From: Mustelus asterias
Taxonomy: Eukaryota
Direction of reading: 5' to 3'
Length of the DNA: 64,000 nt
Assembly: GCF_964213995.1 (NCBI RefSeq)
Contig: NC_135822.1
Location: 60,202,001 to 60,266,000 of the forward strand
The notes below the pieces were generated by a model, which was not told where the DNA came from, did no database searches, and saw only the letters and a program-made list of their open reading frames with translations. Shown one piece after another: positions 1 through 13,184 of this stretch; within the stretch, counting starts at the first letter, position 1, and each line of letters starts with the position of its first letter. Both the position numbers and the translations under genes were made by a program.

Positions 1-3000
1 TGGAAATTATACAACTGAGTGTTCTGAAATAGTCAACTTGCTGCTCAATAACACCATCTCAACTTGGTTCTGTAATAGGGTTACTTTTGTTATTTTAAAT
101 AAGGAAGTGATTCAATAAAAGAGAGGGGGCCATTGAAAGAAAAGCAAGAGGGAAAAGGTGCTCAAATTGAATGATCCTTTTTCAAGCTCTATTTTCCTCA
201 CTAATATTGAGTCGTTGTTTTGATTTTTGAACTAAACCAAGTTTCTATTTATTTCTTCCTAATTTTAGATGCCCCTCTACATCCAATAATTGTGGCTGTG
301 GGGGATGTATCCTAATATGAATTGCAAACTCCAGATACAAGTGTTAAGTGAAGGATCTAGAGGGAGATTGGACTTAAATAGACAGGTCACATGTCATTGT
401 ATGGAATCAAATGCCTTAGAGGGTGGAGGCAAAGCAACAAGAAAGGGAAAAGCAAATCCATAGAGAAGAAAGTGTAAAATTAATGCAATCATGATTAAAT
501 ACCCTCTTCTTTGTAATTATATACTGCATTTACCAAAGCAAAACAGTCTATCTATACAATTACCAACACTTTTAACTGGGCTCCCAATTAAAATGCAAGC
601 CACAAGCCAAACATATGGTAAGATTTAACACATCTATGTTAAAAAATACATTAAAAAGCAATTTATGTTAAAAGACAATGTAGCACATGGTTTATGGGTA
701 GAATCTGTATAACGTTTCATGGTTTACAGATGGTTTGTCAAATAAATTCGAAGTAAAATTGATTGACCACTTTCTGAAAGTGCACTTAGAAGTTGCATCG
801 CTCCCCGTGTACAACATAAACTGTGTCCTGATATAACAGGATTGGGAGCAAAATAAAATCTAATCTCATTTGAAAAATTAGGGTGCCCAAAATCATTAGG
901 CCCAGAGTGCAGAGATGAGCCCAAAAAATTTGATTGGAATGTTTGGGGAAAAAAAAGTGTTTTTGTACTTTCGAGGTCCCGTTTTCCAGGCTTCACAACA
1001 GGATTTTGAATATTACATCCAGATTGTGGTGGTTACTCATGTAGAATGTCGTCTTAAAAAAAAACAATTTTAGTGGCAAATACCAGCATGAGCCTCCCCA
1101 CTGAAAATGGATTTCAGTGAATCTAATGCCATTGAAAATAAAATTTCTCATTTGGATAAATCCATGCATGTTTTAGTCACATTGCTCTAGTTTAGCAGAA
1201 AGTTACAATCTTTTATTCTTCTCTAGTGTTTAAGGTTAAAGTTACTGTCCAATAATGAGTGGGCAAAATTTAGCTTCAATATGAAAACCTTAGTTCCCAA
1301 TGCTTAAATGGAAGGTTTTTGAAGATATGAACTTTAGTTCAATCATTTGATCCTTTTCAAGAATCAATCATGCAACATGGTGGAAAGCAAGCTCCACACT
1401 TGCGCACTTAGCAGGGTGTCTCAGGTACAGCCACCCAGTTTCAGATTGAGAACTGCTGCTGGAAGCAGGCAGTACCTGGGCTGCTCTCCTCCTCCTTCAG
1501 AGATCGCAGTAAAATAACAACTATTCCCATCTTTTCAGAGCTAAAATATCGAAGTAATTATACTATTAAAATAAAATTACTGTGGATCTTTCACTTAAAA
1601 GTAAAAGTCTGGGGAATCCAAGAGGTTAAAAAAAAGTATTAAGAGCAGATCTGGATGCCACATTTTAGCAAGGATATATTGGTTTTTGAGGGAGCAGTGT
1701 AGATTTACCAGAATGATGCCTGGACTCCGAGGGTGAGTGTCGGAGGAGAAAACACACAAATTAAGAATTGCAGTCCCCATAATTCTAAAAAGATGACTTG
1801 ATAAAAAGTTTCAAGATGTTAAGGGAAACAAAGAGCAGGAGATGGAGAGAAACGATTTACACTCATTAGGAAGTCTTAAGGTGCTTTTGAGCCAGACATT
1901 CAGGGGTGAAATTAGGAAAAACTTCCACATGTCAAAGTGTGGTAAACTTTTTTAAAACTCGATCACAAATGGCACTTGAAGCCAAGTCAATTATAAATTT
2001 AAAAAGGAAGTTGATAGATTTTTGTTATCTACAGATATTAAAGGATATGTGATAAAGGCTTGTATGAAGTTTGGTCACAGGCCAGCCATGATCTCACTGA
2101 GTAGCAGAATAGGCTCATGGAGCCAATTTGCCTATTCCTGTTCTGATTAGAAACAGTATTAGGCAGTCCATTGAACAAACTATTTAAAATTGAAGAGAAA
2201 GAAACATGCTTCAGTTCATATAAACTGGTTTTTTAAAAAAGTTATCCAATTGTTGGCATGCAAGTTTAAATCCCTCACTTTTATAATGTTCCTGCAAAGT
2301 GATCATAGATACAAATCAGCTGGGCCAATTACTTTGTAATATCTTAGCAGTCATGTAGTAGCATAGGGCAAATTTTACCGTCCGTCCCTCCCGCCACGGG
2401 AATCGGAGCGGACGAGGGGCAGATGATGGAAAGGTCCGTTGACCTTGGGTGGGATTTTCCGGTTCGGGGCGAGCGAGGCCTGAAAATCAATGCAGGAGTA
2501 GGCCATTCAATATGATCATGGCTGATCATCCCGCTCCCATTTCTCCATCAATGCAGGCCCCTCAAACAGTGGCAGAAATCCCTAGTTAGGAAGCAACTGA
2601 ACTATTCAGGATAGTGTGAACTGATGCACACTGAGGTTTCATATTTAGCAGTCATGGGATTAATTGAGAGCAAGTTGTGATATTATTTGAGTTGCCGAGC
2701 AGATAAGACCATTTGGTCTGATCAGAAGATTAGATCAAAGTTCTTTGGAGTAGGGTGGAGAAAGAGAAGGAAGTGTGAAATATAAAGCACTCTCATAGTG
2801 CCTGCTCCTAGGATTACTATTTTAATTTTGCATTTGATTGAAGTGCATTTACTCCAAGCTGATGACCGGCAAAAAACCAAGTTTGGTTATTCGCTGACTT
2901 AATATATTAGTTTGTGAAGCTGTACAAATTTAAGCCAATTAGACTACATCAGGAAACATGCTTATTTCACAACTAGATTTTTAAAATTAAACAAACTTCC

Positions 3001-3195
3001 AAGCCATCTTTTGATACGTCATTCCTTCGTGAGTCACTTCATTGAAAGGCAGGTTTAGGCTCGAGAGGCATCTCATCTCAAGATACCTGGAAGTATTTTA
3101 CATTCAAATTAATATTTCTGGCATGTAGTCACCCTTCCCATATCTAGCCATTTCCCTGACATCTTCAGGTGTGCCGTACAGAGGATCTTTCCTAC

Positions 3196-3289
3196 CTTGG
3201 CCCTGCTGACATAACAGGACAGCTCTGCTCTGTACAAAACTCTGTTATTGTTCCATATAACATGTTGATTTGGTTGAAGAAGTCAACAG
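3196..3289 (-). CDS. MOB1A: MOB1A exon 3 (94 nt)
   Basis: tttttcag|CT GTT GAC TTC ... GGG CCA AG|gtagga; encodes [19 protein letters not shown]. Confidence 0.95.
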
Positions 3290-6200
3290 CTGAAAAAAAA
3301 AAGAAATTTCGACAATGAGAAGTTTGTTTTCACTGCAGTATGCAGACCATTTTGTCTTTATCATTGATGTACATTTCGGGCCCCATCCTTTAAAACCAAT
3401 TCACAGGAATTATGTTAAAAATGCCAAAACATTTTTGGGACTCTAAGATGACTTCAGTAATGGAGAAAAATGTGACCAGCACAAAAACGTGAAGAATGAG
3501 TTTGAATTTCACAGAAGTTTAAAAAGGAAACAGCAAAAAGGAAGTCTCAGTTACGCAACTGCTATTTGTGAGGTTTAACTGCATTTTGACTGCAGGGCTG
3601 TTTCTGAAATTCACCTCAATAAGTTAGGATACTTGCGTAATGATGCAACACAAGTAAAAAATCAAAGCCATTTGAAACAGCTACTTGCATTTAGAAAACA
3701 TGTTCAGTGTGGTCTAATGTTGCAAAGCACTTCACAGGAACATTAGCAAATGTTGACACCTAGCTGCACAACGAGAAATTAGGGCAGTTGGACAAAAGTT
3801 CAGACAAAGTGGTAGGTTTTAAGGAAAGTCTTAAAAAGAGATATTTAGGGAGAAAATTCCAGAGTTTAGGGCCCAGGCAACTGAAGGGAGTCACCAATGG
3901 TAGAGCGATAAATAAGTAGTGGGGGGTGGGGTAAGAGGAGATAAACAGACAAAATCCAAGTTTGAAAGACTTACTATTAACGGCAATCCATTCATTTAGA
4001 TCCTCGCCTTCTGGTAGCATAACAGCCTGGCGAAGGTTACCACTGCCCAAGGTTGCTTCAGCATGCTTCAGCAGCTCATACTGGTGCGAACCCTCCGGAA
4101 TGTTCTTCTTTGGTTTGAAAGTTCTGTTGTTTCGAACTCCACTAGAATGCAAGTAAACCATTCGTTATTGATGATCCTTCACTGCAAGTACAGTATATTT
4201 GTACAAAACATGTTTTTGTTTTGGGGGAAGGGGGGGGAGAGAAGGGGTGCGATGAGTGAGATAATGAGAATTATACTTTTAGCCTTAAGAGATCAGTTTA
4301 TTGCAAGAAAACACAAGGTTTTAAACTCAATTAAAGGGATCCTGTGACAGCATAAATGTGAAAGTTTACAAACATTACTGCTTGTTTCATTTGTGTAATA
4401 TCAACCCTGCTTTCAACAGTTTGACCAACAGCAAGCATTGTTAGCTGAGTCGCTGAAATGACATGAAGTGAGCCAAGATTAACAGCTGTCAACTAACGTC
4501 AATGGTACAGAAGACAGGCAGGCAATATTAGTCATGTTCAACCTAGCCCAAACAAAAATAGCACAGGCCCCAATTAATTTTTGACCGTGCCAAAAATGTG
4601 GATCCGACGGTTGCATTTATAGTGCTTTCTTTACAACCCAACAAAACAGATCAGTGAATTGATAAACCATTCAGTGTGACCATATTGATTGTTGCAGGAC
4701 AAGCTGTCACACAAGGCAACTGTGTCAACAGGAGCTGGCGATCATAGTTACCATGAAAAACCGCTGCATCCTGAGCAAACACGGTGGCACAGTAGTTAGC
4801 ACTGCTACCAGAGACCGGGGTTCGATTCCCGGCTTGGGTCACTGGCTGTGCGGAGTCTGCACGTGTTTCCTCCGAGTGCTCCAGTTTCCTCCCACAGTTC
4901 GAAAGACGTGCTGGTTAGGTGCACTAGCCATGCTAAATTCTCCCTCAGCGTACCCGAACAGGCGCCAGAATGTGGCAACAAGGGGATTTTCACAGTAACT
5001 TCATCGCAGTGTTAATGTAAGCCTGGTTGTGACTGATAAATTAACTTTAAACATGATTGCTATACTCAGCAGGCCACCAACCCTTAAAGTTGGTACCCTT
5101 AGAAGATTGGTTACAGGATACAAGAACATGATTTACTTGAGAAGCATGCAGGCACCTGATAATTAGTGATATTACTATAACCACAAGTACACAGCTTATT
5201 ATCCCCGTGTGTTCTTAGGCGAATTACACAGGATATACAGCACAGAAACAGGCCATTTGACCCCCATCAGTCCATGCAGTGTTTATGCTCCACTTCCTCC
5301 TCCCACATTTCCTCATCTCAATCTATCACCGCAAGTCTCCATTGTATCTCATTCTCCCTCAAATGCTTGTCCAGCTTCCCTTTAATTGCATCTACACCGC
5401 TTGTTTCAACCACTCCGTTGGCAGCCAATATTACATCCTTGCATGCTTTCTTCTGAATTCCCTGCTGGATTTCTTGGTGACTTAAGAGCATCATCCTGGG
5501 ATTGAAGCAGCAATTACGCAACCGATTTCAGATCAAAAGGAACATTTTCAAAAAGGTAGAACAAAAAATAGTACTTGCTAGCAGCTCAAGTTACCATTAA
5601 TAAACCTGCTGAAGCAGGCAGTGAAATTCCAGCTAATGGTGATGCATACAGAAATTCTAGAACAACCTTCAACTACTCTATTAAATTATATCTGTTCACA
5701 TATTTCAATGCTCCAGCAAGGGTAGGAATCAACCACAGAACAATTTTCACACTTCAGTTGTGAAGAGAAAACAACCTATAGCCGGCAAAAGGATGATACA
5801 GAGATTTCAAAATTTATCGGAACAAAAGGCACAAAGAGAGAAGCAAACTCAAATACTCTCCAGCCAAGGAATGGTGTGCATAATATGGGGTGGTGCAACA
5901 TAACCAAACAAACATTTTAATGGTTAAGTCACAACTCAGATCGTAATTCACAACTGGGACATTATGTTTGGCCTTGCCATCCCTGGGCGAAGGAGGAAAG
6001 AAATATACATCAACACTCAGTGTTTTTTTGACTTGCAAATCAGTGATTCATGTTGTCAAAGCCATGAAGGCTTAAAACTCATGCTCCCACACCACACCCA
6101 AAGACAAGTAGACTTCCAAGAGACACCACTGAAACATGTGGGAGGCGATGGCCTAGTGGTATTAACACTGGACTATTAATCCAGAAACTCGGCTAATGTT

Positions 6201-9200
6201 CTGGGGACCGATGTTCAAATCCCACCAGAGCAGTTGGTGGAATTTGAATTCAATTTAAAAATCTGGAATTAGGAATCTACTTATGACCACGAAACCACTG
6301 TTGATTGTCGGAAAAACCCATGTGGATCACTAATATCCCTTAGGAAAGGAAATCTGCCATCCTTACCTGGTCTGACCTACATGTGACTCCAGAGCCACAG
6401 CAATGTGGTTGACTGTCAGCTGCCCTCCAAGGACAACTGCGGATGGGCAATAAATGCTGGCCCAGCCAGCAACATCCCACGAATGAATAAAAAAATTGAA
6501 GAACTTGTCCCCTTTGGGGTCATATTTGAAGGTGAAGAGATTGAGATGAGAGGCAGGATTGTGCAGAAAATATGGAGTGCAGAGTCAAAAAGACATTGAA
6601 TCATAATATGAATTAAATCACTTGAAAATGCATGTCCAATCTGCAATTGAAATAACTTGTGCAAAGGTCCGTGCAGTACTGCACCACACAACAAAAGATT
6701 TCTCCCATGGCCAAAAAATCATGGAGTCTGCAGCACCGTTCACAAAAAAGCACTCAGCATCCCTGGGATAAAGAGATGGCAGTGAAGAGAAGTTTCTGGA
6801 ATTTGAGTGGTGTGGATAGATGTGCTGGCTCAGAATTAAGTAATCCTCAAGGCCATCACTAGGGTTGGACAACATATCATTTCTCACCACCCCAGTGGAA
6901 TCCACTACTTTCAAGAGTGAAAGGTATAAAGAAACACAACGAGCCAAACTATTGCCTTCATAAATCAAAATGCAGCAGAAAAACCAACAAAATTCTCTAC
7001 TGATTAGTTTTCTTGTTCAGTTTTCGAGGCAAAGATTACCATGCTCGCCATCTGGGGCATTTGTAGTGTTCCAAACGGTACATTAGGTGACTGCTAAGGC
7101 CAATCTGTGCCCAATAGGTTCAGCTGCAAATCGGACACAATGCCACAGATCCTTGCGTTTTCTCTCTGCCTCTGATATACATGAGTTTTCGAAGGAAGCT
7201 GCATCGTTTTTTGAAATTTGGCCAGGCGAGTTTGCCCAAAAATTGAGGCTGAGTAATGGCGATTATAACCATCAATGATTGTTGTAAAAACCCATCTGGT
7301 TTACTAATGTCCTTTAGGGAAGAGACTCCACCATACTTCGTCTGGCCTACATGTGACATACGTGGTTGACTCTGAACTGCCCTCTGAAATGCAAGCTACT
7401 GAGTTCAAAGACAAGTAGGAATGGGAAACAAATTCTGATCTTGCCCAGCGATGCCCACGTCGCATGAAAGAATCAAGGGGGAAAAAAAAGCAAAACCCAA
7501 ATGTACGACTGATGTTTCCATCACCAGGAACAATTAGAAACATAGGAAACTACAGCACAAAACAGGCCCTTCGGCCTCACAAGTTGTGCCGAACATATCC
7601 CTACCTTTTAGGCCTACCTATAACCCTCCATCCTATTAAGTCCCATGTACTCATCCAGGAGTCTCTTAAAAGACCCTATTGAGTTTGCCTCCACCACCAC
7701 TGACGGCAGCCGATTCCACTCGCCCACCACCCCCTGTGTGAAAAACTTCCCCCTAACATTTCCCCTGTACCTACCCCCCAGCACCTTAAACCTGTGTCCT
7801 CTTGTAGCAGCCATTTCCACCCTGGGAAAAAGCCTCAGAGAGTCCACCCGATCTATGCCTTTCAACATCTTATATACCTCTATTAGGTCTCCTCTCATCC
7901 TACGTCTCTCCAAGGAGAAAAGACCGAGCTCCCTCAGCCTATCCTCATAAGGCATGCCACTCAATCCAGGCAACATCCTTGTAAATCTCCTCTGCACCCT
8001 TTCAATCTTTTCCACATCCTTCCTGTAATCAGGCGACCAAAACTGAGCACAGTACTCCAAGTGGGGTCTGACGAGGGTTTTATATAGCTGCATCATTATC
8101 CCCGGACTCCTAAACTCAATCCCTCGATTGATAAAGGCCAGCACACCATACGCCTTCTTAACCACCTCCTCCACCTGCGGGGCCGATTTTAGAGTCCTAT
8201 GGACCCGGACCCCAAGGTCCTTCTGATCCTCTACTGTACTAAGAGTCTTTCCCTTTATATTGTACTCCTTCATCCCATTTGACCTGCCAAAATGGACCAC
8301 TACGCATTTATCTGGGTTGAAGTCCATCTGGGTCACTTCTCCGCCCAGTCTTGCATTCTATCTATGTCCCTCTGTAACTTCTGACATCCCTCCAGACTAT
8401 CCACAACCCCACCAACCTTCGTGTCGTCGGCAAACTTACCAACCCATCCCTTCACTTCCTCATCGAGGTCATTTATGAAAATGACAAACAGCAAGGGTCC
8501 CAGAACAGATTCCTGGGGCACACCACTGGTGACCGACCTCCAATTAGAAAAAGACCCATCTATACACACTCTCTGCCTCCTTTGGGCAAGCCAGATAACC
8601 TGCCTAGATAACCTATTACTTTGTAATAGGTTATCTAGGCAGGGTAGAGTCATATAGTTTGGTTCAGATAAAAGTTGTAATTACTGAATGATTAATCATG
8701 ACATTTCCTGAAATCTAGTACAGCATCAGCCTCCACCCTCTAAAAATAAATAACGTCCCAGTGCTGACAAGGAAGGGAAGAGGGATAAGAGGTGAAATAA
8801 CATGGCAAATTGGCACGTAATGTCAAACAGAAAGAAAATTCTGAAGTATTTTCATCTCGTTTACTGACTATTGTGCAACTTATTCAAGTAACTTCAACCA
8901 AGTGCACTATATATAAGCTGCAGTAAACAACACAAGAACAATCGAGCCTTTTGAGACACCGCATCCTTATGGCGAACAATGGGAGCTGAAAAAACCAAAC
9001 AATTCAGAGACTGCCATTGTTGGACAGACCTTTCAAATTATTACCTCCTGACCTGCACAGGCCTGTTGTTATCTGACCTACATACTCATTGGTGATTTGA
9101 ACTACAGATATGAAAGGGCATTCTAAATATCACATGTATTAAACAAGATACAGTACAATAGTTAAAACCTGCCCCTGAAATTATTTAAATGTTTAAGATA

Positions 9201-11172
9201 ACCATTTATGCTCAATACTCAGTTCATAAGATCTCAAATCTGATTCTATTACAATCTTATAATGCCATTCTTTATTTAGAATTTCAATTAAAGCGTGCAA
9301 CGGAACAATCCTGTATTTAATTGCAACACAAGCTTAACATCTTTCCTAAAGGCAAATATGAAAAGATATCATGGGGAACTCATTGAAAATATTCTAACCA
9401 GAAAGTAAGCACATTTTCTAAATTTTAGGAAGTAGACAAGGTGAGAGAAATGAAACCGACACAATGGTTTTCTTTCCAGTGAACGCAGAGAGAAAATGAA
9501 GGAAAGGGGCAGATTACTTTAAAATCAATTTAAATCATCAAATGACACAAGTAGTATGAGCTTGAGCCGGCTCTGCCATTGGTTAAAATCATAGCTGATC
9601 TCATTGTGGTCTTAAATCCACTTCCCTGCCTGTCCTTCAAAACCCTCGACTCCCCTGTAGATCAAAAATCTGTCTGACACAACTAGAATATATTCAAAGG
9701 CCAAGCATCCAAATTCCAAACAGACCCCTTAGTTTGAAACTGTAACCCCCCCCAGTGTTAGATTCCCTGGGGACACATCTTCTCAACATCTACCTTGCCA
9801 AGTCCCTCAGAATCATCGATCTGTCAAGGTCACTTCTCATTCTTCTGAACGCCAATGAGTATAGGTCCAACAAGCTCAAAAATTCTCCATAACACATTCA
9901 TCCCCTTCATCTCAGGAAACACAACGCAAAACTAAGCAATAGGCAAATTGGACTATTGGGTGCTTGGGAAAATTATGCTCTTGTAAATCTGAGGCTCTTC
10001 CACCTCCTTCCGTCAGGAAAAAGATACAAAAGTCTAAGGTCACGTATCAACCGACTCAAGAACAGCTTCTTTCCTGCTGCCATCAGACCTTTGAATGGAC
10101 CTACCTCGCACTAAGCTGATCTTTCTCTCCACCCTAGCTATGACTGCAACACTACATTCTGCACCATCTCCTTTCCTTCTCTATGTATGGTATGCTTTGT
10201 CTGTGTAGCATGCAAGAAACGATACTTTTCACGTGACAATAATAAATCAAATCAAATTAACAAGTGGTCCACAATAATCCATACCCAAACAAAGGGGATT
10301 TTCACAGTAACTTCATTGCACTGTTAATGTAAGCCTACTTGTGACTAATAAGTAAACTTTTATGAGGCTTTTTATGAAAGCAAATCATTCTCCCTGCGAC
10401 TTGCCAAGGGCTGAAATCAAGAGCTCCGTGACAAACCCACGCTAGTTAGCAAGGCAGAGCAATCCTTAGTTTATCAGCAGCAAAAAAAATAGAAAATGCT
10501 GGAAAGTCTCAGGAGTCCTGACAGCATCAGTGGAGAGAGAATAAGTGCCAACATTTCGATTCTAGGTGACCCTTCGTCCAGAGCTGAGAGCAAAGAAAGG
10601 AAGTGGATTTTCTTCACTCTTAGCTCTGGACGAAGGGTCATCCAGACTCGAAACGTTGGCTCTATTCTCTCTCCACAGATGCTGTCACAGCTGCTGAGGG
10701 TTTTCCAGCATTTTCTGTTTTTGTTTCAGGTCCACAGTATTTTTTTTTAAGCTCATCAGATTAGGTCCATAGCTTTTTTTTAAAAAAAATGTACATATCA
10801 TGCAGTCATCCTGTGGCAGGGACGAAGTGGAAGTCGAGATCAGGTCTTCCCACAAGTTCGTAGACAGGAAAAGATTTGAACAAGACAAAATTACAACACT
10901 ATTATTACAATATTATTTTGTAAGGGGGGGGGGGAAAGAGAGAGATCTTTGCAGTCGGTATAAGCAGCAACCCAGGAGCAGATGTTCCCTCAGGCTCAGG
11001 AGAAGAAAAAAAAGGACAGCTGGTTTTTAAAACCAGGAGAGCAACACAACTCAGGTGGAGATCGAATCGAAACCCAAGGCCTACAAGGCCCAAAGTTGCC
11101 ACTGGCTCGAAGCGAAACAGGAAGAATGGAGGAAGGAGCTCAGCCCGCAGATACTTACAAAAGGAAGCTCAT
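3196..11172 (-). CDS. MOB1A: MOB kinase activator 1A, 5' part (coding exons 11159-11172, 3975-4141, 3196-3289; continues left of the window)
   Basis: Spliced translation [92 protein letters not shown]. Exons are 14/167/94 nt with GT-AG junctions in consistent phase. 1A rather than 1B is inferred from divergent linkage to MTHFD2, as on human 2p13. Confidence 0.9.
3975..4141 (-). CDS. MOB1A: MOB1A exon 2 (167 nt)
   Basis: ttctag|T GGA GTT CGA ... GCC GTT AAT A|gtaagt; encodes [29 protein letters not shown]. Confidence 0.95.
4779..5050 (+). mobile_element. HE1-related V-SINE, type-B tail
   Basis: tRNA-like head ggtggcacagtagttagcac, V-domain, tail ttctccctcag..gtgactgataaa. Confidence 0.85.
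6139..6495 (+). mobile_element. second tRNA-derived SINE family (head gggaggcgatggcctagtgg)
   Basis: A box TGGCCTAGTGG, B box gttcaaatcc; related copies at 7270-7480 (+, partial), 55520-55862 (+) and 60650-60972 (-). Confidence 0.75.
7537..8595 (-). mobile_element. young 5'-truncated CR1-clade (HER1-like) LINE, RT C-terminal half plus 3'UTR, one frameshift
   Basis: ORFs 8333-8653 and 7614-8336: [44 protein letters not shown]; frameshift near 8335. Confidence 0.92.
8599..8643. repeat. perfect 21-bp inverted repeat with a 3-nt loop
   Basis: cctgcctagataacctattac-ttt-gtaataggttatctaggcagg. Confidence 0.95.
9995..10257 (+). mobile_element. Rex1/Babar-like LINE 3' end
   Basis: Same 3'UTR as the 35545 copy, ending gtgacaataataaatcaaatcaaa. 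Confidence 0.75.
10483..10727. mobile_element. palindromic Penelope-type terminal-repeat element
   Basis: Arms ~10483-10590 and ~10616-10725 are reverse complements; single-arm copies at 40985-41085, 43885-43990, 51660-51790 and 54955-55065. Confidence 0.7.
11159..11172 (-). CDS. MOB1A: MOB1A exon 1 coding part (MSFLF)
   Basis: ATGAGCTTCCTTTT|gtaagt on the minus strand, at the edge of the CpG island. Confidence 0.9.
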
Positions 11173-11519
11173 TTTCTTCTAAGTTGCTCCGCTCAAAATA
11201 GACAAGAAAAAGACGGTGGTGGGGGAGGGGGGGGGGGAAGGTTTAAGGAGTGAGGCGCAAAGACATTACAGGCCGAAGCCACCTGAGGGAGAGAGAGAAG
11301 GATTCCTTCAAGCGACAAAACTAATGAAAGCGGCCCAGGGCCCAAGACACAAAAAAAAAACTTGACCAACTCTCTTCCACAAGCGGGCCGCGTCGCGCGA
11401 CACCGGCCTCAACGCGTAAACTAATCAAGCCAGGGGAGGGGGGCTGGATGGTCCGGACAACCAATCGGCAATCGACGCGAGGTGATTGACAGCCCTGCTG
11501 ACCAGTCGGCGTTCGCACC

Positions 11520-11872
11520 CAGATGATGGACGGCCACTTCGACCAATCACCGATCGCAGGCAAGGGGAGGCGGGCCGGACTGCCGGAGAGACCAATCAGC
11601 AATGGCAACCAGGCTGATGGATGGCCACTTCGACCAATCACCGATCGCAGGCAAGGGAAGGCGGGCCGAATTGCCGGAGAGACCAATCAGCAATGGCAAC
11701 CAGGGTGATGGACGGCTACTTCGACCAATCACAGGCAAGGAGAGGGGAAGCGGGCCAGGCTGCCGGAGAGACCAATCAGCAATGGCAACCAGGTTGATGG
11801 ACGGCTGTTGTGCCCAATCACCGATCGCAGAGCCAGGGGGACGAGACTGCCCTCCGCGACCAATCACCGATC
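11520..11872. repeat. ~91-bp tandem repeat (~4 units), each with two CCAAT boxes and a GC box
   Basis: CCAAT at 11543/11634/11725/11814 and 11592/11683/11772/11860; unit gatggacggccacttcgaccaatcaccgatcgcaggcaagggg... Confidence 0.92.
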
Positions 11873-12449
11873 TCAATACCCCTTTCCCCGCCCCCCACTC
11901 CCGGAGCAGTCAGAATCACCTTTCAACCCGGAGGGGGGGGAAGTAAAAGATTAAATTAAAAAATGAAATGAAATCCGCCACAACATTTTCGGCGAACTGT
12001 TAAACGAAGGGAGGGAAGAGAAACGTTTAATTTGAATAAAAAGAACCCCCCCCCCCCCACACGCTCATCTGGAACATTTAATTTTCAGGCCGCTCGGCCA
12101 ATGGCGAGCCGCAGCCCTGAGACGTTGGCCAATGAACATGGGGCGACATTTAATTGACAGGCGATGCAGCCAATGACGAGCCCAGGTCCTGAGGCGGCGC
12201 TGGCCAATAGACGTGGGCTAAGGGGGCGGGCTTGAATCCCCGAAGAAAAAGAGTTAAAATGTCCCAAATATATATATTTTTAAAAAAAATAACGGCTCGG
12301 TGAGGGGAAAATGTGGAATTTTCCTGCCTTCGAATTGATTTTTAAAAAATAATAAAGACATTTTGGGGGGGGGGGGGGAGGTGATGTTCATTCGTCATAG
12401 AGACGGTTGACGGCACAATTCCATCTGTTTCCGGTGGCTGACGTCAGCA

Positions 12450-12557
12450 GGAGAGCCGTTGAGAGAGAGGCAGAGGAGCGCGCGAGGGAGCTGTAGGTAG
12501 AGAGAAAAAATAATCGCTTCAATTCCGGCTAAAAAACCACCTCTCCGAGCCGCTTAG
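12450..12557 (+). other. probable non-coding first exon of the hnRNP H-like gene
   Basis: Follows the ETS/CRE motifs in the CpG island. Candidate donors AG|gtagag (12496) and AG|gtattg (12557). The ATG exon has an acceptor, so an upstream exon is required. TSS approximate. Confidence 0.5.
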
Positions 12558-13184
12558 GTATTGCTCACTTCGTCGCTTCGATCCGAACCCTCCTTTTTTT
12601 TCTTAGTTGGGTTTTATCCAGTGATCGTGTTTAGTGAGGGTGCGGGTGGAACACGAGGCCGTTGCGAGGCGCGGCCGCCATTTTACTGTTGTTTCTTCCC
12701 CCACCCCCTTCTCTCTCCCCTAATGTTTTGTTCCGTAATGGAGGCCGGCTCAGGCTCGGCGGCGGCTTTAATCCTCGCCGCCTCCTCTCGCAGCACGGCG
12801 CCTGTTTCTTTTTTTCTTCTCCCCCTCTGTACCTTCCACCCTCCCGCGTGTTTTTATTTTCCGCTGTAGTTGTCGGCTCTCTCACACACGCACACGAGGT
12901 CTGGCGAGGCGGGTGGAGTGGAGTTCCCGCTCTCTCTTTCTCTCCGCGGCTTTTCTTTCCCCTTTCGCGCCCCGGGCCTGGATTAGGTAGACGCGTGTTG
13001 GGGGGGGGAGGGGATGGGATCTGTAATTTTAGGCGAAAACTGGATGGATTTGGAGAGGGATTTTCCTTCCCCTTTTTTCTTTCTCCTCTTTTCTTTCTCC
13101 TCAGCCTGGGCTCACGGCTGGCATACAGAATTGATCTCTCTTTCTCCTCCTACAACGTGGTCCTTTCTTCAGCACCCTTACGAG

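Larger units (their letters stand above)
11250..12900. promoter_or_regulatory. bidirectional CpG-island promoter (MOB1A / hnRNP H-like)
   Basis: CpG-rich; 13 CCAAT boxes (11461-12204); GC boxes; ETS TTCCGG at 12429; full CRE TGACGTCA at 12439-12446; YY1 GCCGCCATTTT at 12674-12684; divergent first exons. Confidence 0.85.

Noticed and set aside
2365-2485. GC-rich segment resembling a MITE fragment (similar hints at ~800-930 and ~7020-7245)
   Set aside because: I could not define TIRs, TSDs or a second copy in the window.
7614-8653. 240-aa ORF as a host gene
   Set aside because: It is the C-terminus of a CR1 LINE reverse transcriptase, 5'-truncated and frameshifted.
11520-11872. CRISPR-like appearance of the repeated GACCAATCA motifs
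   Set aside because: The intervening sequences are themselves repeated (minisatellite), the context is eukaryotic and there are no cas genes.
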